From: Candidatus Omnitrophota bacterium
GTDB taxonomy: Bacteria > Omnitrophota > Gorgyraeia > Duberdicusellales > 4484-171
Reading direction: 5' to 3'
Assembly: GCA_018826075.1 (NCBI GenBank)
Contig: JAHKAJ010000035.1
Coordinates: 15,069-79,068, forward strand
Length of the DNA stretch: 64,000 bases
Shown: positions 9,295 through 18,661 of the stretch, piece by piece
Layout of the letters: each line of letters starts with the position of its first letter
How positions within the stretch are numbered: position 1 is the stretch's first letter
Made by a program: the position numbers and the translations under genes
The notes under the pieces: generated by a model
The model's database searches: none
What the model saw: the letters and a program-made list of their open reading frames with translations, nothing else
Told to the model about the DNA's origin: nothing

Positions 9295-10359
9295 ATGATC
9301 AAGAAAAAAATGCATTTTCCCAAGACTGAGATACTTCCTCCGGGAACACTTGTCTATACCGGTGAAAAAAAAGTTAACGGAGCAAAGATTACGGTCATCG
9401 ACTATGACGAGAAACAATTTCAGGAAAAAGTGATAAAAAGTGTTGAAGAGTGCCTGCCGTTTAAGGATACTCCCACAGTTACCTGGGTAAATATAGACGG
9501 CCTGCAAGATGTCGGTTTGATTGAGAAGATCGGCAGGGAGTTTAACATCCATCCTTTAGCTTTGGAAGATATCCTTATGGTCGGCCAGCGGCCGAAATAT
9601 GAGGATTTTGAAAAATATCTTTTTGTGGCTTTAAAGATGTTGATGCTCGATGAGAAAAACAGCGAAATCACCTCTGAACAGGTCAGTTTGATAGTAAGCT
9701 CTAACTTTGTTATTTCCTTTCAGGAGACTGAAGGCGATGTTTTTAATCCTATCCGCGCGCGTTTAAGAAACGCCAAAGGCCGGATCAGGAAAGAAGGGGC
9801 TGATTACCTGGCTTACAGTTTAATCGATACGATAGTTGATAATTATTTTTCGATTTTAGAGAAAATCGGCGAGGACGTAGAATCAATCGAAGAGGAGTTG
9901 GTGACTAATCCCACTCCCAAAACCCTTCAGATAATCCATGATTTAAAAAGGCAGACCATATCTTTACGTAAATCAGTCTGGCCGTTAAGAGAGATCATCA
10001 ATGGTCTGGAAAGAGGTGAGATCCCGGTGATTAAAAAAACCACCCGGATTTACCTAAGGGATGTTTATGACCATACTATTCAGGTTATCGATACTGTGGA
10101 GACTTTACGCGATATGATTTCCGGAATGCTGGATATTTATCTTTCCAGCGTAAGCAACCGGATGAATGAAGTGATGAAGGTTTTAACTATCATCGCCACT
10201 ATTTTTATACCGATTACCTTTATATCCAGCCTCTACGGAATGAATTTTAAATATATGCCCGAACTTAACTGGCATTGGGGTTATTTCGGAGCTTTAAGCG
10301 TTATGCTTGCAGTAGTAGTTGTAATGCTTTCTTATTTTAAGCGGAAACGCTGGTTTTAG
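9295..10359 (+). CDS. corA: Magnesium/cobalt transporter CorA
   Basis: YGMNF-MPEL motif, two C-terminal TM helices. Confidence 0.95.
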   Translation: MIKKKMHFPKTEILPPGTLVYTGEKKVNGAKITVIDYDEKQFQEKVIKSVEECLPFKDTPTVTWVNIDGLQDVGLIEKIGREFNIHPLALEDILMVGQRPKYEDFEKYLFVALKMLMLDEKNSEITSEQVSLIVSSNFVISFQETEGDVFNPIRARLRNAKGRIRKEGADYLAYSLIDTIVDNYFSILEKIGEDVESIEEELVTNPTPKTLQIIHDLKRQTISLRKSVWPLREIINGLERGEIPVIKKTTRIYLRDVYDHTIQVIDTVETLRDMISGMLDIYLSSVSNRMNEVMKVLTIIATIFIPITFISSLYGMNFKYMPELNWHWGYFGALSVMLAVVVVMLSYFKRKRWF

Positions 10360-10379
10360 GCAGGAGTAGATAGATACTT

Positions 10380-10958
10380 ATGTTTAGAGAGTTTTTGTTG
10401 GCTTTTGTCCCGGTATTCGTGGCAGTTGATGCTTTGGGGGTGCTTCCGATTTTCGTGACTTTGACTCAAGGCTATAACCAGAAAGAGAAAACCAAGATTA
10501 TCATCCAATCGATGATCACGGCAATCGGATTGGCAGTTTTCTTTGTCTTTTTAGGCCGGGCCGTATTTAGTTTTTTAGGGATCAGCGTAGCTGATTTTAT
10601 GATTGCCGGCGGAGTAATATTATTTTCTATCGCTATAATTGATATAGTCAATCCCGGTAAAAAACGAAGAATTCCCTCAAAAGAACTTGGCGCAGTGCCT
10701 CTGGGTACGCCTTTGATTGTCGGTCCGGCAGTCTTGACTACCTCATTGATGATTATTTCGGAATTCGGAACAACCATAACTTTGTTTTCAGTGGTAATCA
10801 ATGTTCTGCTGGCCGGGTTGATTTTTTCTTTATCCGGGTTTCTAATCAAAATTTTGGGTGAAGCCGGTTCAAAAGCTCTATCTAAAGTAACCAGCCTTCT
10901 TTTAGCGGCAATAGCGGTAATGATGATCAGGAAAGGGATTATCCAGCTGTTTGCTTAG
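10380..10958 (+). CDS. MarC family membrane protein
   Basis: VPLGTPLIVGP motif, 6 TM helices. Confidence 0.9.
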   Translation: MFREFLLAFVPVFVAVDALGVLPIFVTLTQGYNQKEKTKIIIQSMITAIGLAVFFVFLGRAVFSFLGISVADFMIAGGVILFSIAIIDIVNPGKKRRIPSKELGAVPLGTPLIVGPAVLTTSLMIISEFGTTITLFSVVINVLLAGLIFSLSGFLIKILGEAGSKALSKVTSLLLAAIAVMMIRKGIIQLFA

Positions 10959-10977
10959 GCTAAAAAATCCTCACTTT

Positions 10978-11535
10978 CTAATTAGCCCGTTCAATATACT
11001 CGCCGGTTTCGGTGTTTATTTTAATTCTGTCGCCTTCGCGGATAAATAGCGGGCAGGATACTTTTACCCCATTTTCACAGGTAACTGTTTTAAAAGAATT
11101 AGTTACGCTGTCGCCTTTTATAGCCTGGGGGGATTCGATTACTTTTAAGAATACATGTTTGGGCAGGATCAGTTGAACCGGGTTATGATTAAACAGGATT
11201 AACGTTACCGGTTCATTCTCAATCAGAAAATTTACTTTATCGCCTAGGGTTTCCTGGTTGGCATGGTATTGTTCGTAAGTTTCCTTGTCCATGAAATGAT
11301 AAGTATCATTGTCGCGATAGAGGTATTCAACAGCTACTTCGTTTACTGCAGCCGGATCAAACTGTTCGGAGGCAGTAAAAGTTTTCTGGACCAGTTGGCC
11401 GGTAAGCAGGTTCCTGATCACTGTACGCATAACTGCTTTGCGCATCTGCATCCGGTGGAATTGTCCGGAAACCACAATATAAGGGTTACCTTGATACATA
11501 AAAGCAACCCCGGGCTTTAAATCGGTGTAAGTCAT
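10978..11535 (-). CDS. efp: Translation elongation factor P with an atypical loop
   Basis: DLKPG, YLYRD..YHFMD.ETYEQ, KGDS, CPLFIREGD.IKINTETGEYIERA. Confidence 0.9.
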   Translation of the reverse strand: MTYTDLKPGVAFMYQGNPYIVVSGQFHRMQMRKAVMRTVIRNLLTGQLVQKTFTASEQFDPAAVNEVAVEYLYRDNDTYHFMDKETYEQYHANQETLGDKVNFLIENEPVTLILFNHNPVQLILPKHVFLKVIESPQAIKGDSVTNSFKTVTCENGVKVSCPLFIREGDRIKINTETGEYIERAN

Positions 11536-11592
11536 TTAATGAAACTTGGTTTTTTTGAAATTACTATTTTAAAAAAAACTTAGTTGAATTAA

Positions 11593-11627
11593 ACCCAGCA
11601 CTAATTTTACCAAAATTAGTGCTGGGT
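11593..11627. repeat. Perfect 16-bp inverted repeat upstream of efp
   Basis: ACCCAGCACTAATTTT-acc-AAAATTAGTGCTGGGT. Confidence 0.85.
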
Positions 11628-11736
11628 AAGTTCGGCTAAGCTCGCCTTCGGCGGACAAGCCTCACTTATTGTATCATATTCATAGAATTGTCAATAAGCT
11701 TGCTTAGTTTACTTTTTGCGATAAAATAGCCGGGAT

Positions 11737-12306
11737 ATGGATAGTCCAAGTAAAATAACCGAACAACGGGCCAAGGATTTAAAGGAAATCGGCATTGTCA
11801 TTGACAGCTGGGATGATATTTTTTCCGACTTTGACCCCCGGCCGCTAACCGAGCGGACAGTTTCCGAAGACTTTCTTGATGAGTTGAGGAAACGCTATAA
11901 AGAAACCCGTACTGGAGAGTTTATCATCACTATCTACGCCCCTTTTTCCTTAAAAGATGAAGCTTCGGAGAAGATGGTTATTCAAAGATTGAAGAAACAC
12001 TTTCGTCATAAATTGTTACAAAAAAAGAAGCTGATCGTAAAAATCCGCCTGCGCGGGGTTATTTTTGTTCTCATCGGTATCTGTTCCTTAAGTTTTTTAA
12101 CCTTGGCTACTTACTTTAAGTTTGCAACCGAGATAACTATCCAGATTATGGGTATTTTTCTTATGCCTTTGGGTTGGTTTGGTTTTTGGGAAGGGCTTTC
12201 TAAACTTATTGATACTTCTCCGGTAGTTATCCATGATGAAAAATTATTTCAGAAACTTTCCAAAGCGCGTTATAGTTTTAAATATATAACTGAGAATGAA
12301 GGGTAG
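11737..12306 (+). CDS. Hypothetical membrane protein (2 TM)
   Basis: 189 aa ORF; D.FSDFDP motif; two C-terminal TM helices. Confidence 0.75.
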   Translation: MDSPSKITEQRAKDLKEIGIVIDSWDDIFSDFDPRPLTERTVSEDFLDELRKRYKETRTGEFIITIYAPFSLKDEASEKMVIQRLKKHFRHKLLQKKKLIVKIRLRGVIFVLIGICSLSFLTLATYFKFATEITIQIMGIFLMPLGWFGFWEGLSKLIDTSPVVIHDEKLFQKLSKARYSFKYITENEG

Positions 12307-12347
12307 GCGTATATTACAGCGGGAATAAGTAAGGGGGGCAAGAGACT

Positions 12348-12782
12348 ATGAAAGGAATAGTTTGTAAAGTCTGTGGTTATATTTCGATAAATGGGAAAGC
12401 TCCCGAGAAGTGCCCGGTTTGCGGCGCTCCGGCTTCCGCCTTTAAAGAAGACCCCAAGGCTATCAAAACAGCCGAGGATGAGGTAAATTTAAGCGAAAAA
12501 CATACTCCGGTTATAACTATCGCCAGAAAGTGCGGCCTTATCCCTGAAGGTTGTCAGGATGTACATGCCAAAGTGGGCAAGATCCAGCACCCGATGCTTG
12601 TCGAGCATTATATTACTACTATCGATTTTTACCTGGATAAAGAGTTTTTAGCCCGGGTACATTTAACTCCCGAAAAACTCAATCCGGCAGCCGCCCTGCA
12701 CCTTAAAGCGGAAAGCGGAAAACTTTCGGTTGTCGAGCATTGCAATCTGCACGGCGCCTGGATTGCTGAAACTGACTTGTAA
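12348..12782 (+). CDS. Superoxide reductase (desulfoferrodoxin-type active site) with N-terminal rubredoxin-like domain
   Basis: CKVCG...CPVCG, then EKHTP, HPM..EHYI, CNLHG. Confidence 0.9.
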   Translation: MKGIVCKVCGYISINGKAPEKCPVCGAPASAFKEDPKAIKTAEDEVNLSEKHTPVITIARKCGLIPEGCQDVHAKVGKIQHPMLVEHYITTIDFYLDKEFLARVHLTPEKLNPAAALHLKAESGKLSVVEHCNLHGAWIAETDL

Positions 12783-12788
12783 AGAAAA

Positions 12789-13478
12789 ATGTCAGGCAAT
12801 AGGATTCTGATAGTTGAAGACGATAAGCCTATTTCCCAGCTGGTCAAATACAATTTGGAAAAAGCTGGGTTCAGCTGCCTTACTGCGATTAGCGGCGAAG
12901 AAGCTATAGAGATCCTAGATAAGCAGGCCGTTGATTTAATCATTTTGGATATAATGCTTCCAAAAATCGATGGCTTTGAGACTTGTAAGCTGATTAAAGA
13001 AGACAAGCGGCTATCTTCGATCCCGATAGTTATGCTTACCGCTAAAGGTGAAGAAGTAGATAAGGTAGTGGGTTTTGAATTGGGGGCGGATGACTATATT
13101 GTAAAGCCGTTTAGCCCTCGGGAGCTCACTCTTAGGATAAAGGCGATTTTAAGGCGCCGGCGGATTAAAGAAGAAGTAAAAAATATTTTCACTGCTGACA
13201 GGCTAACCATAGATCTTTCCCGCCATAAGGTCATCTTGGATAAAAAAGAAGTAGTTTTGACCCAGATGGAGTTCAAGCTGTTAGTCAAGCTTATTCAGAG
13301 GAAAGGCCGGGTGCAGTCAAGAGATTCTTTGCTTGAAGAGGTCTGGGATATTGCTGCTGACGTTACCACCCGTACCATAGACACTCACATCAAACGCCTT
13401 CGGCAAAAATTAGGTAAAGCCGGTAAATTAATCGAAACCATCAGGGGTGTCGGTTACCGCTTTAGTGAGGAGGGTTGA
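12789..13478 (+). CDS. phoB: Phosphate regulon response regulator PhoB/PhoP
   Basis: REC plus winged-helix domains (TRTIDTHIKRLR, ETIRGVGY); upstream of phoR and pst. Confidence 0.9.
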   Translation: MSGNRILIVEDDKPISQLVKYNLEKAGFSCLTAISGEEAIEILDKQAVDLIILDIMLPKIDGFETCKLIKEDKRLSSIPIVMLTAKGEEVDKVVGFELGADDYIVKPFSPRELTLRIKAILRRRRIKEEVKNIFTADRLTIDLSRHKVILDKKEVVLTQMEFKLLVKLIQRKGRVQSRDSLLEEVWDIAADVTTRTIDTHIKRLRQKLGKAGKLIETIRGVGYRFSEEG

Positions 13479-13481
13479 TTT

Positions 13482-15248
13482 TTGAGGATAAGTATCCATT
13501 ATAAAATTACTTTTATTTTCGTAATAATTACTGCAGTCATTCTCTCCGGGGTTTATTTTTACCTCAATAGCAATCTGAAAAAATTTACCTATCAGCGTAT
13601 AAAAACTAACCTTGCTAAACAAATCGCTTTAAGCCGGACATATCTAGAGCTAGAGTCTTCGAAAAATATCACAACTTACGATTTAGATGTTGCCGCCGAT
13701 GATATCGGAAAAGATTTGGGCCTTAGAGCTACAATTATTGGGTTTGACGGCGTAGTTTATGGTGATTCTGAATTAGAGGGGGATTCTCTATTAAAGGTTG
13801 AAAACCACCTTTACCGGCCGGAAGTCCAGCAGGCCATTAAATCCGGAAGCGGCGAAAGCCGGCGTTTCAGTAATACCGTCAAAAAAGATTTGCTTTATAT
13901 AACTTCAGTTTACGGCCAAGGTTCTAAGCAGGGAATAATTCGTTTGTCTATTCCCCTTTCAGAGATAGGCCAGATATCCGATCGTTTGAGGCAGACTTTG
14001 ATCCTTTCGCTTTTATTAGCTTTCATCTTGGCGGTTTTGGTTAGTTTTTTGGCTTCCAACTTCATTTCCAACCCAATTCGGGAGATATCTCTTAAGGCTA
14101 AAGACATTTCCCGGGGCCATTTTAGTCAAAAGATAATTTGCCGGCTTAACGATGAAATTAGTGATTTAGCCGAGGCTATCAATAATATGTCGGAAAAGGT
14201 AAAAGCCAGGATCGAAGAGGTCAATTACAGCAAATCCCGCTTAGAGGCAGTATTCTTAAGTATGCTCGAAGGGGTCATGGTTGTGGATATCAAGGGTAAG
14301 ATTTTGTTAATGAACCAGGCACTTAAGGATTATTTAAAGATCGATGAGGATCCTTTGGGAAAAAAGCCGCTTGAGGCGATACGCAATATCGAGATTCAGG
14401 GAATAGTCGATATTGTTTTAAATTCGAACCAGGAACTTATCAGCCGGGAGATCTCGGTTTTGCTTCCCGAAGAAAGAGTTTTTCTGGTACACGCTGCAGC
14501 TATTGGTAAAGACAAAAACAGCGAAGGAGCAGTTTTAGTTTTCCATGACGTTAGCAATTTAAGAAAGTTGGAAAGGCTGCGCCAGGATTTCGTGGCTAAC
14601 GTATCGCATGAGCTGCGCACCCCGGTGTCGACGCTTAAGGGTTATGCTGAAACTTTGCTCCAGGGAGCGTTAGAGGATAAGAAAAATGCCAGAGATTTTT
14701 TAGAAATTATCCTTTCTGATTCCAATAGGCTGGCTAGTTTAATCGATGACCTCTTAGACCTTTCTAAAATTGAATCGGGTAAACTTATTCTGGATAAAAA
14801 TTCCTATAAACTTTCGGAGATTGTAAAAAAAGTTTTGGTTAATTTAAAAATAAAAGATAGATCATTGAAAGTCAGCATAGACATACCTGATGATTTGCCG
14901 AAGGTAGCAGTTGATGAAGCCAGAATAAAACAAGTATTGTTCAATCTCATAGATAATGCTGTGAAGTATAACCGTCCCCAAGGCCAGATAACCATATCCG
15001 CAGAAGACGCCGGAGAAGCTGTGAGAGTGAATATTTCTGATACCGGCATAGGTATTCCTCAAAAAGATTTACCCCGGATATTTGAACGTTTTTACCGCGT
15101 GGATAAAGCCCGCTCCCGCGAGCTTGGCGGTACCGGCCTGGGGCTTTCAATCGTTAAGCATATCATTCAAGCCCACAATGGCGAAGTTTTTGTTCAGAGC
15201 ATAGAAGGCCAAGGCTCTACTTTTAGTTTCATCCTCCCCAAGGCTTAA
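13482..15248 (+). CDS. phoR: Phosphate sensor histidine kinase PhoR (HAMP-PAS-HisKA-HATPase)
   Basis: FVANVSHELRTP, NLIDNAVKY, RFYRVDKARSR..GGTGLGL. Confidence 0.92.
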   Translation: MRISIHYKITFIFVIITAVILSGVYFYLNSNLKKFTYQRIKTNLAKQIALSRTYLELESSKNITTYDLDVAADDIGKDLGLRATIIGFDGVVYGDSELEGDSLLKVENHLYRPEVQQAIKSGSGESRRFSNTVKKDLLYITSVYGQGSKQGIIRLSIPLSEIGQISDRLRQTLILSLLLAFILAVLVSFLASNFISNPIREISLKAKDISRGHFSQKIICRLNDEISDLAEAINNMSEKVKARIEEVNYSKSRLEAVFLSMLEGVMVVDIKGKILLMNQALKDYLKIDEDPLGKKPLEAIRNIEIQGIVDIVLNSNQELISREISVLLPEERVFLVHAAAIGKDKNSEGAVLVFHDVSNLRKLERLRQDFVANVSHELRTPVSTLKGYAETLLQGALEDKKNARDFLEIILSDSNRLASLIDDLLDLSKIESGKLILDKNSYKLSEIVKKVLVNLKIKDRSLKVSIDIPDDLPKVAVDEARIKQVLFNLIDNAVKYNRPQGQITISAEDAGEAVRVNISDTGIGIPQKDLPRIFERFYRVDKARSRELGGTGLGLSIVKHIIQAHNGEVFVQSIEGQGSTFSFILPKA

Positions 15249-15285
15249 AATTTAGCCTATTTTCCCTAAAATCCGGCCAATAAAA

Positions 15286-15339
15286 TTCACCAAAATTTCA
15301 CATTTTTGTAATCTTATCTTCACATAATTTTTGTATATT
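15286..15339 (+). promoter_or_regulatory. Pho box array (four 11-bp-period repeats) plus -10 element
   Basis: TTCAC at 15286, 15297 and 15319, GTAAT at 15308 (period 11); TATATT at 15334. Confidence 0.8.
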
Positions 15340-15381
15340 TTTATTGGCAATAAAGCAAATACAAAAATAAAGGAGGTGAAG

Positions 15382-15573
15382 ATGAAGATTAGTAAGAAGA
15401 TCTCAGGATTACAAAAGGATTACATTGCCAGCTATTTGCGTTCGCAAATCTCCAACTTGCAGACAGTATTAGATTATTTAGAGAAAGAAGATTATTACTG
15501 CCAACAAGAACTTTTTGAGCGGTTGCGAAAGGTAAGGCGAGGGTTCTACCAGTTTAGAGATTCAAGTAATTAA
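15382..15573 (+). CDS. Small hypothetical protein (63 aa), first gene of the pst operon
   Basis: Strong AAGGAGGTG RBS before ATG 15382; helical, charged sequence. Confidence 0.7.
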   Translation: MKISKKISGLQKDYIASYLRSQISNLQTVLDYLEKEDYYCQQELFERLRKVRRGFYQFRDSSN

Positions 15574-15590
15574 TTTGGAAAGGAGGTTTG

Positions 15591-16862
15591 ATGATGAGAA
15601 AAATAATTTTACTTGTAGCCAGCGGGTTGATCTTGGCCGGGTTCAGCGCTTATCCAGCCTGGGCCGGTGAGATTGATATCTTGGTTGAAAAACTGGTAGA
15701 AAAAGGGGTGATCAGCCACGGTGAGGCCCGCCAGATCTTAACCGAGACCCAGGAGGAAATGAAGGCTCAGCTTGCTCAAGGAAAGAGCGAGGCATTACCT
15801 GCTTGGGTTCAGGCCATTAAATTAAAAGGAGATTTTCGTTTAAGGGGCCAGGAAAAACACCAAAAATCAGCCAATAATTACAACAAAGATACGACTATCG
15901 GCCGTGTCCGTTTACGCCTGGGACTGGAAGGCAAAGTAAATGAAAAGCTTTTAGCCGGAGTAGGCATAGCCAGCGGCAGCGGAGACCCGCGCTCTACCAA
16001 TGTAACCCTTGGTGATAGTAATCTTAAGAAAGCCCTGGTACTTGATTATGCTTACGCAAAATACAGCCCATTAAGTTGGTTCAATCTTGTAGGAGGAAAA
16101 ATGCTTTTGGCTGATGCGCTTTGGATGCCTACAGATTTAGTCTGGGATTCGGATATCACCCCTGAAGGAGTAATATCCCAATTTAATAAAGAACTCGGCT
16201 CAAATACCCAGGGCTTTTTGAATGCCGGCGTATTGCTGGTTGATGACGATTCCAGCTCAGATTACGACGCTCCGATGGCCTATATTATTCAGCCGGGGAT
16301 AAGCCACAAAATTAATGACAATCTATCTTTAAAAGGCGCGGTTTCTCTTCAGGCCTTTCATAATCTTAAAGGCCACGTAAGCAGCGGTTATTCAGCGGAG
16401 AGCAATACCGGAAACACCGATAACGGAACAACACCATACACCTATGATTACCAGATGATTAATCCGGCATTAGAAGTTAAAGTGATACAGCCTTTTAATG
16501 CGCTGGGATTGAATGTTGAGTCACTTAAGTTGTTAGCCGAATATGTTAATAATTTTGATGTTTCCGAGAAGGCCAGCGGTTTTTCTGCCGGGTTTAAGCT
16601 GGGCCATGAGAAAATTAGTAAATGGGGGGATTGGCAGCTTAAGTATATCTATGCCATGCTGGGTAAAGACGCGGTGCTCGATGTTTTGCCTGATTCTGAC
16701 CGTTACGGCGGTGCAACAGCTATAAGAAGCTATGAAACAGAGTTGAGTTTTGGGTTAGGCAAGAATACTTCTTTAGGTATAGATGTATACCGTTCTGAAA
16801 AAATAGGAATGGCCAAGGCTCCTGAAACTTTGGTCCAGGTTGATTGGAATGTGAAATTTTAA
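15591..16862 (+). CDS. Putative outer-membrane porin (putative porin/Porin_5-like), Pho-regulated
   Basis: Signal peptide, LVEKLVEKGVI segment, GDFRLR, amphipathic strands, C-terminal F. Confidence 0.8.
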   Translation: MMRKIILLVASGLILAGFSAYPAWAGEIDILVEKLVEKGVISHGEARQILTETQEEMKAQLAQGKSEALPAWVQAIKLKGDFRLRGQEKHQKSANNYNKDTTIGRVRLRLGLEGKVNEKLLAGVGIASGSGDPRSTNVTLGDSNLKKALVLDYAYAKYSPLSWFNLVGGKMLLADALWMPTDLVWDSDITPEGVISQFNKELGSNTQGFLNAGVLLVDDDSSSDYDAPMAYIIQPGISHKINDNLSLKGAVSLQAFHNLKGHVSSGYSAESNTGNTDNGTTPYTYDYQMINPALEVKVIQPFNALGLNVESLKLLAEYVNNFDVSEKASGFSAGFKLGHEKISKWGDWQLKYIYAMLGKDAVLDVLPDSDRYGGATAIRSYETELSFGLGKNTSLGIDVYRSEKIGMAKAPETLVQVDWNVKF

Positions 16863-16881
16863 TTAAAAGAAGGAGGAAGAA

Positions 16882-17694
16882 ATGGTTTGGGTTAAAAAAA
16901 TATTTTTGTTAACAGCCGCAGCTACGGTGTTTCTGACACCCTGTTTTGCTGAAAGCCTTACGATTAAAGGGTCAACTACCGTGCTTCCGATTGCTCAAGC
17001 CTGTGCGGAATCTTTTATGGACGATAATTCGGGAGCCGATATCTCGGTTCAGGGCGGCGGCTCAAGCGTGGGTATCGCGGCGATCATTGACGGGACTACT
17101 GATATCGGTAATGCTTCACGGCCGATTAAAGACAGCGAGTTAGCTCAGGCAGCCAGCCGGGGAGTTAGCCCTAAGGCTCATGTCGTGGCTATGGATGGGA
17201 TCGTGGTAATCGTTCACCCTTCGAATTCTTTAACCGCTTTGACCAAAAGTCAGATTAAGGATATCTATACCGGAAAAATATCTCATTGGTCATCGCTTGG
17301 CGCTTCTGGCGGCAAGATAGTGGTTATCGGCCGCGATTCAGCTTCCGGTACTTTTGAGGCTTTCACCGAGCTGGCTTTGTCTAAAGCTAAGACCCGTCCT
17401 GATGCTTTGTTGGAAGCTTCTAACCAGGCTGTGGCTACTGTTGTAGCTAAAACCCCGGGGGCAATCGGCTATGTCGGTTTAGGCTTTGTTACTGATAAGG
17501 TAAAGGCTTTAACCGTGGGGGGTATCGAGTGCTCAAAAGAGACAGTTCTTTCCGGAGAATATTCTTTGGCCCGGCCGTTGTTTATGTATACTAACGGTAA
17601 GCCTCAAGGGTTAGTCAAAGAGTTTATCGAATTTGTGACTGGTGAGATAGGGCAGCATCTAGTTGAGAAAAATGGTTACGTAGGTTTAAAGTAA
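16882..17694 (+). CDS. pstS: Phosphate ABC transporter substrate-binding protein
   Basis: GSTTVLP, GGGSSVG, RDSASGT, LARPL. Confidence 0.95.
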   Translation: MVWVKKIFLLTAAATVFLTPCFAESLTIKGSTTVLPIAQACAESFMDDNSGADISVQGGGSSVGIAAIIDGTTDIGNASRPIKDSELAQAASRGVSPKAHVVAMDGIVVIVHPSNSLTALTKSQIKDIYTGKISHWSSLGASGGKIVVIGRDSASGTFEAFTELALSKAKTRPDALLEASNQAVATVVAKTPGAIGYVGLGFVTDKVKALTVGGIECSKETVLSGEYSLARPLFMYTNGKPQGLVKEFIEFVTGEIGQHLVEKNGYVGLK

Positions 17695-17730
17695 ACAATT
17701 AACTGTTCATTTAATTTTTCCTTTGGTGTT

Positions 17731-17763
17731 AGGGGCAGGACAGGCATTCTCTGTCCTGCCCCT
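17731..17763 (+). other. Intercistronic stem-loop after pstS (likely mRNA-stabilising)
   Basis: AGGGGCAGGACAG/CTGTCCTGCCCCT 13-bp stem with no U-tract. Confidence 0.7.
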
Positions 17764-17782
17764 GGTTCAATAAAGGGCGGCT

Positions 17783-18661
17783 ATGGGCAAATCGGATATT
17801 CATAAAAAGATTTTTGCGGTTTTGGCTTTTTCTTCGTTAGTCTTTCTAATCGGGATCACTATTGTCCTGTTCAAAGAAGGCCTGCCGATTTTCAGAATCG
17901 TAAAACCGCTGAATTTTCTTTTCGGTAAGTATTGGTACCCGACTTATGACCCGCCGGATTTCGGAATTTTACCGTTGATTTTAGGTTCTTTATGGGTTAC
18001 TGCCGGGGCTCTTTTGGTTTGCGTTCCTTTGGGTATAGGCAGTGCTCTGTATCTGAATGAATTGGCCGGTCCAAAACAAAGAGCTTTTTTAAAGCCGGCC
18101 ATCGAGATCTTAGCCAGCATCCCTTCTATTGTTTTTGGTTTTTTTGGCATGGTAGTAGTAGCCCCTTTCTTGCAGAAATTACTTAACATTCCGGTAGGCC
18201 TTACTGCCTTTACCGGCAGTTTGATTTTGGGGGTTATGGCTACTCCTACGGTTTGCAGTATTGCCGAAGACGCCTTGAGTTTTGTTCCCAAGAGTTTTCG
18301 CGAGGCCTCGTTTGCCGTGGGTGCTAACCGCTGGCAGACTTTAGTCAAAGTAACATTACCGGCAGCCGGTTCAGGCATTTCCACCGCGGTTATTTTGGGG
18401 ATGAGCCGGGCAGTAGGAGAAACTATGACTGTATTGATGGTTTGTGGCGGCGCAGCAGTAATCCCTAAGTCTTTTTTTGAGCCGGTACGGCCGATGACCG
18501 CAACTATTGCCGCTGAGATGGGCGAAGCAGTAACCGGCAGCCCGCATTTTCAGGCTTTGTTTGCCATCGGGATGATTTTGTTTCTGGTGACTTTAGTTTT
18601 TAATATAGCCGCTGAGATAATCAGCCGCCGCTTCCGTTTAAAACTGGGGTTGGGCCGATGA
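17783..18661 (+). CDS. pstC: Phosphate ABC transporter permease PstC
   Basis: LASIPSIVFG, EAA loop, SRAVGETM. Confidence 0.95.
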   Translation: MGKSDIHKKIFAVLAFSSLVFLIGITIVLFKEGLPIFRIVKPLNFLFGKYWYPTYDPPDFGILPLILGSLWVTAGALLVCVPLGIGSALYLNELAGPKQRAFLKPAIEILASIPSIVFGFFGMVVVAPFLQKLLNIPVGLTAFTGSLILGVMATPTVCSIAEDALSFVPKSFREASFAVGANRWQTLVKVTLPAAGSGISTAVILGMSRAVGETMTVLMVCGGAAVIPKSFFEPVRPMTATIAAEMGEAVTGSPHFQALFAIGMILFLVTLVFNIAAEIISRRFRLKLGLGR

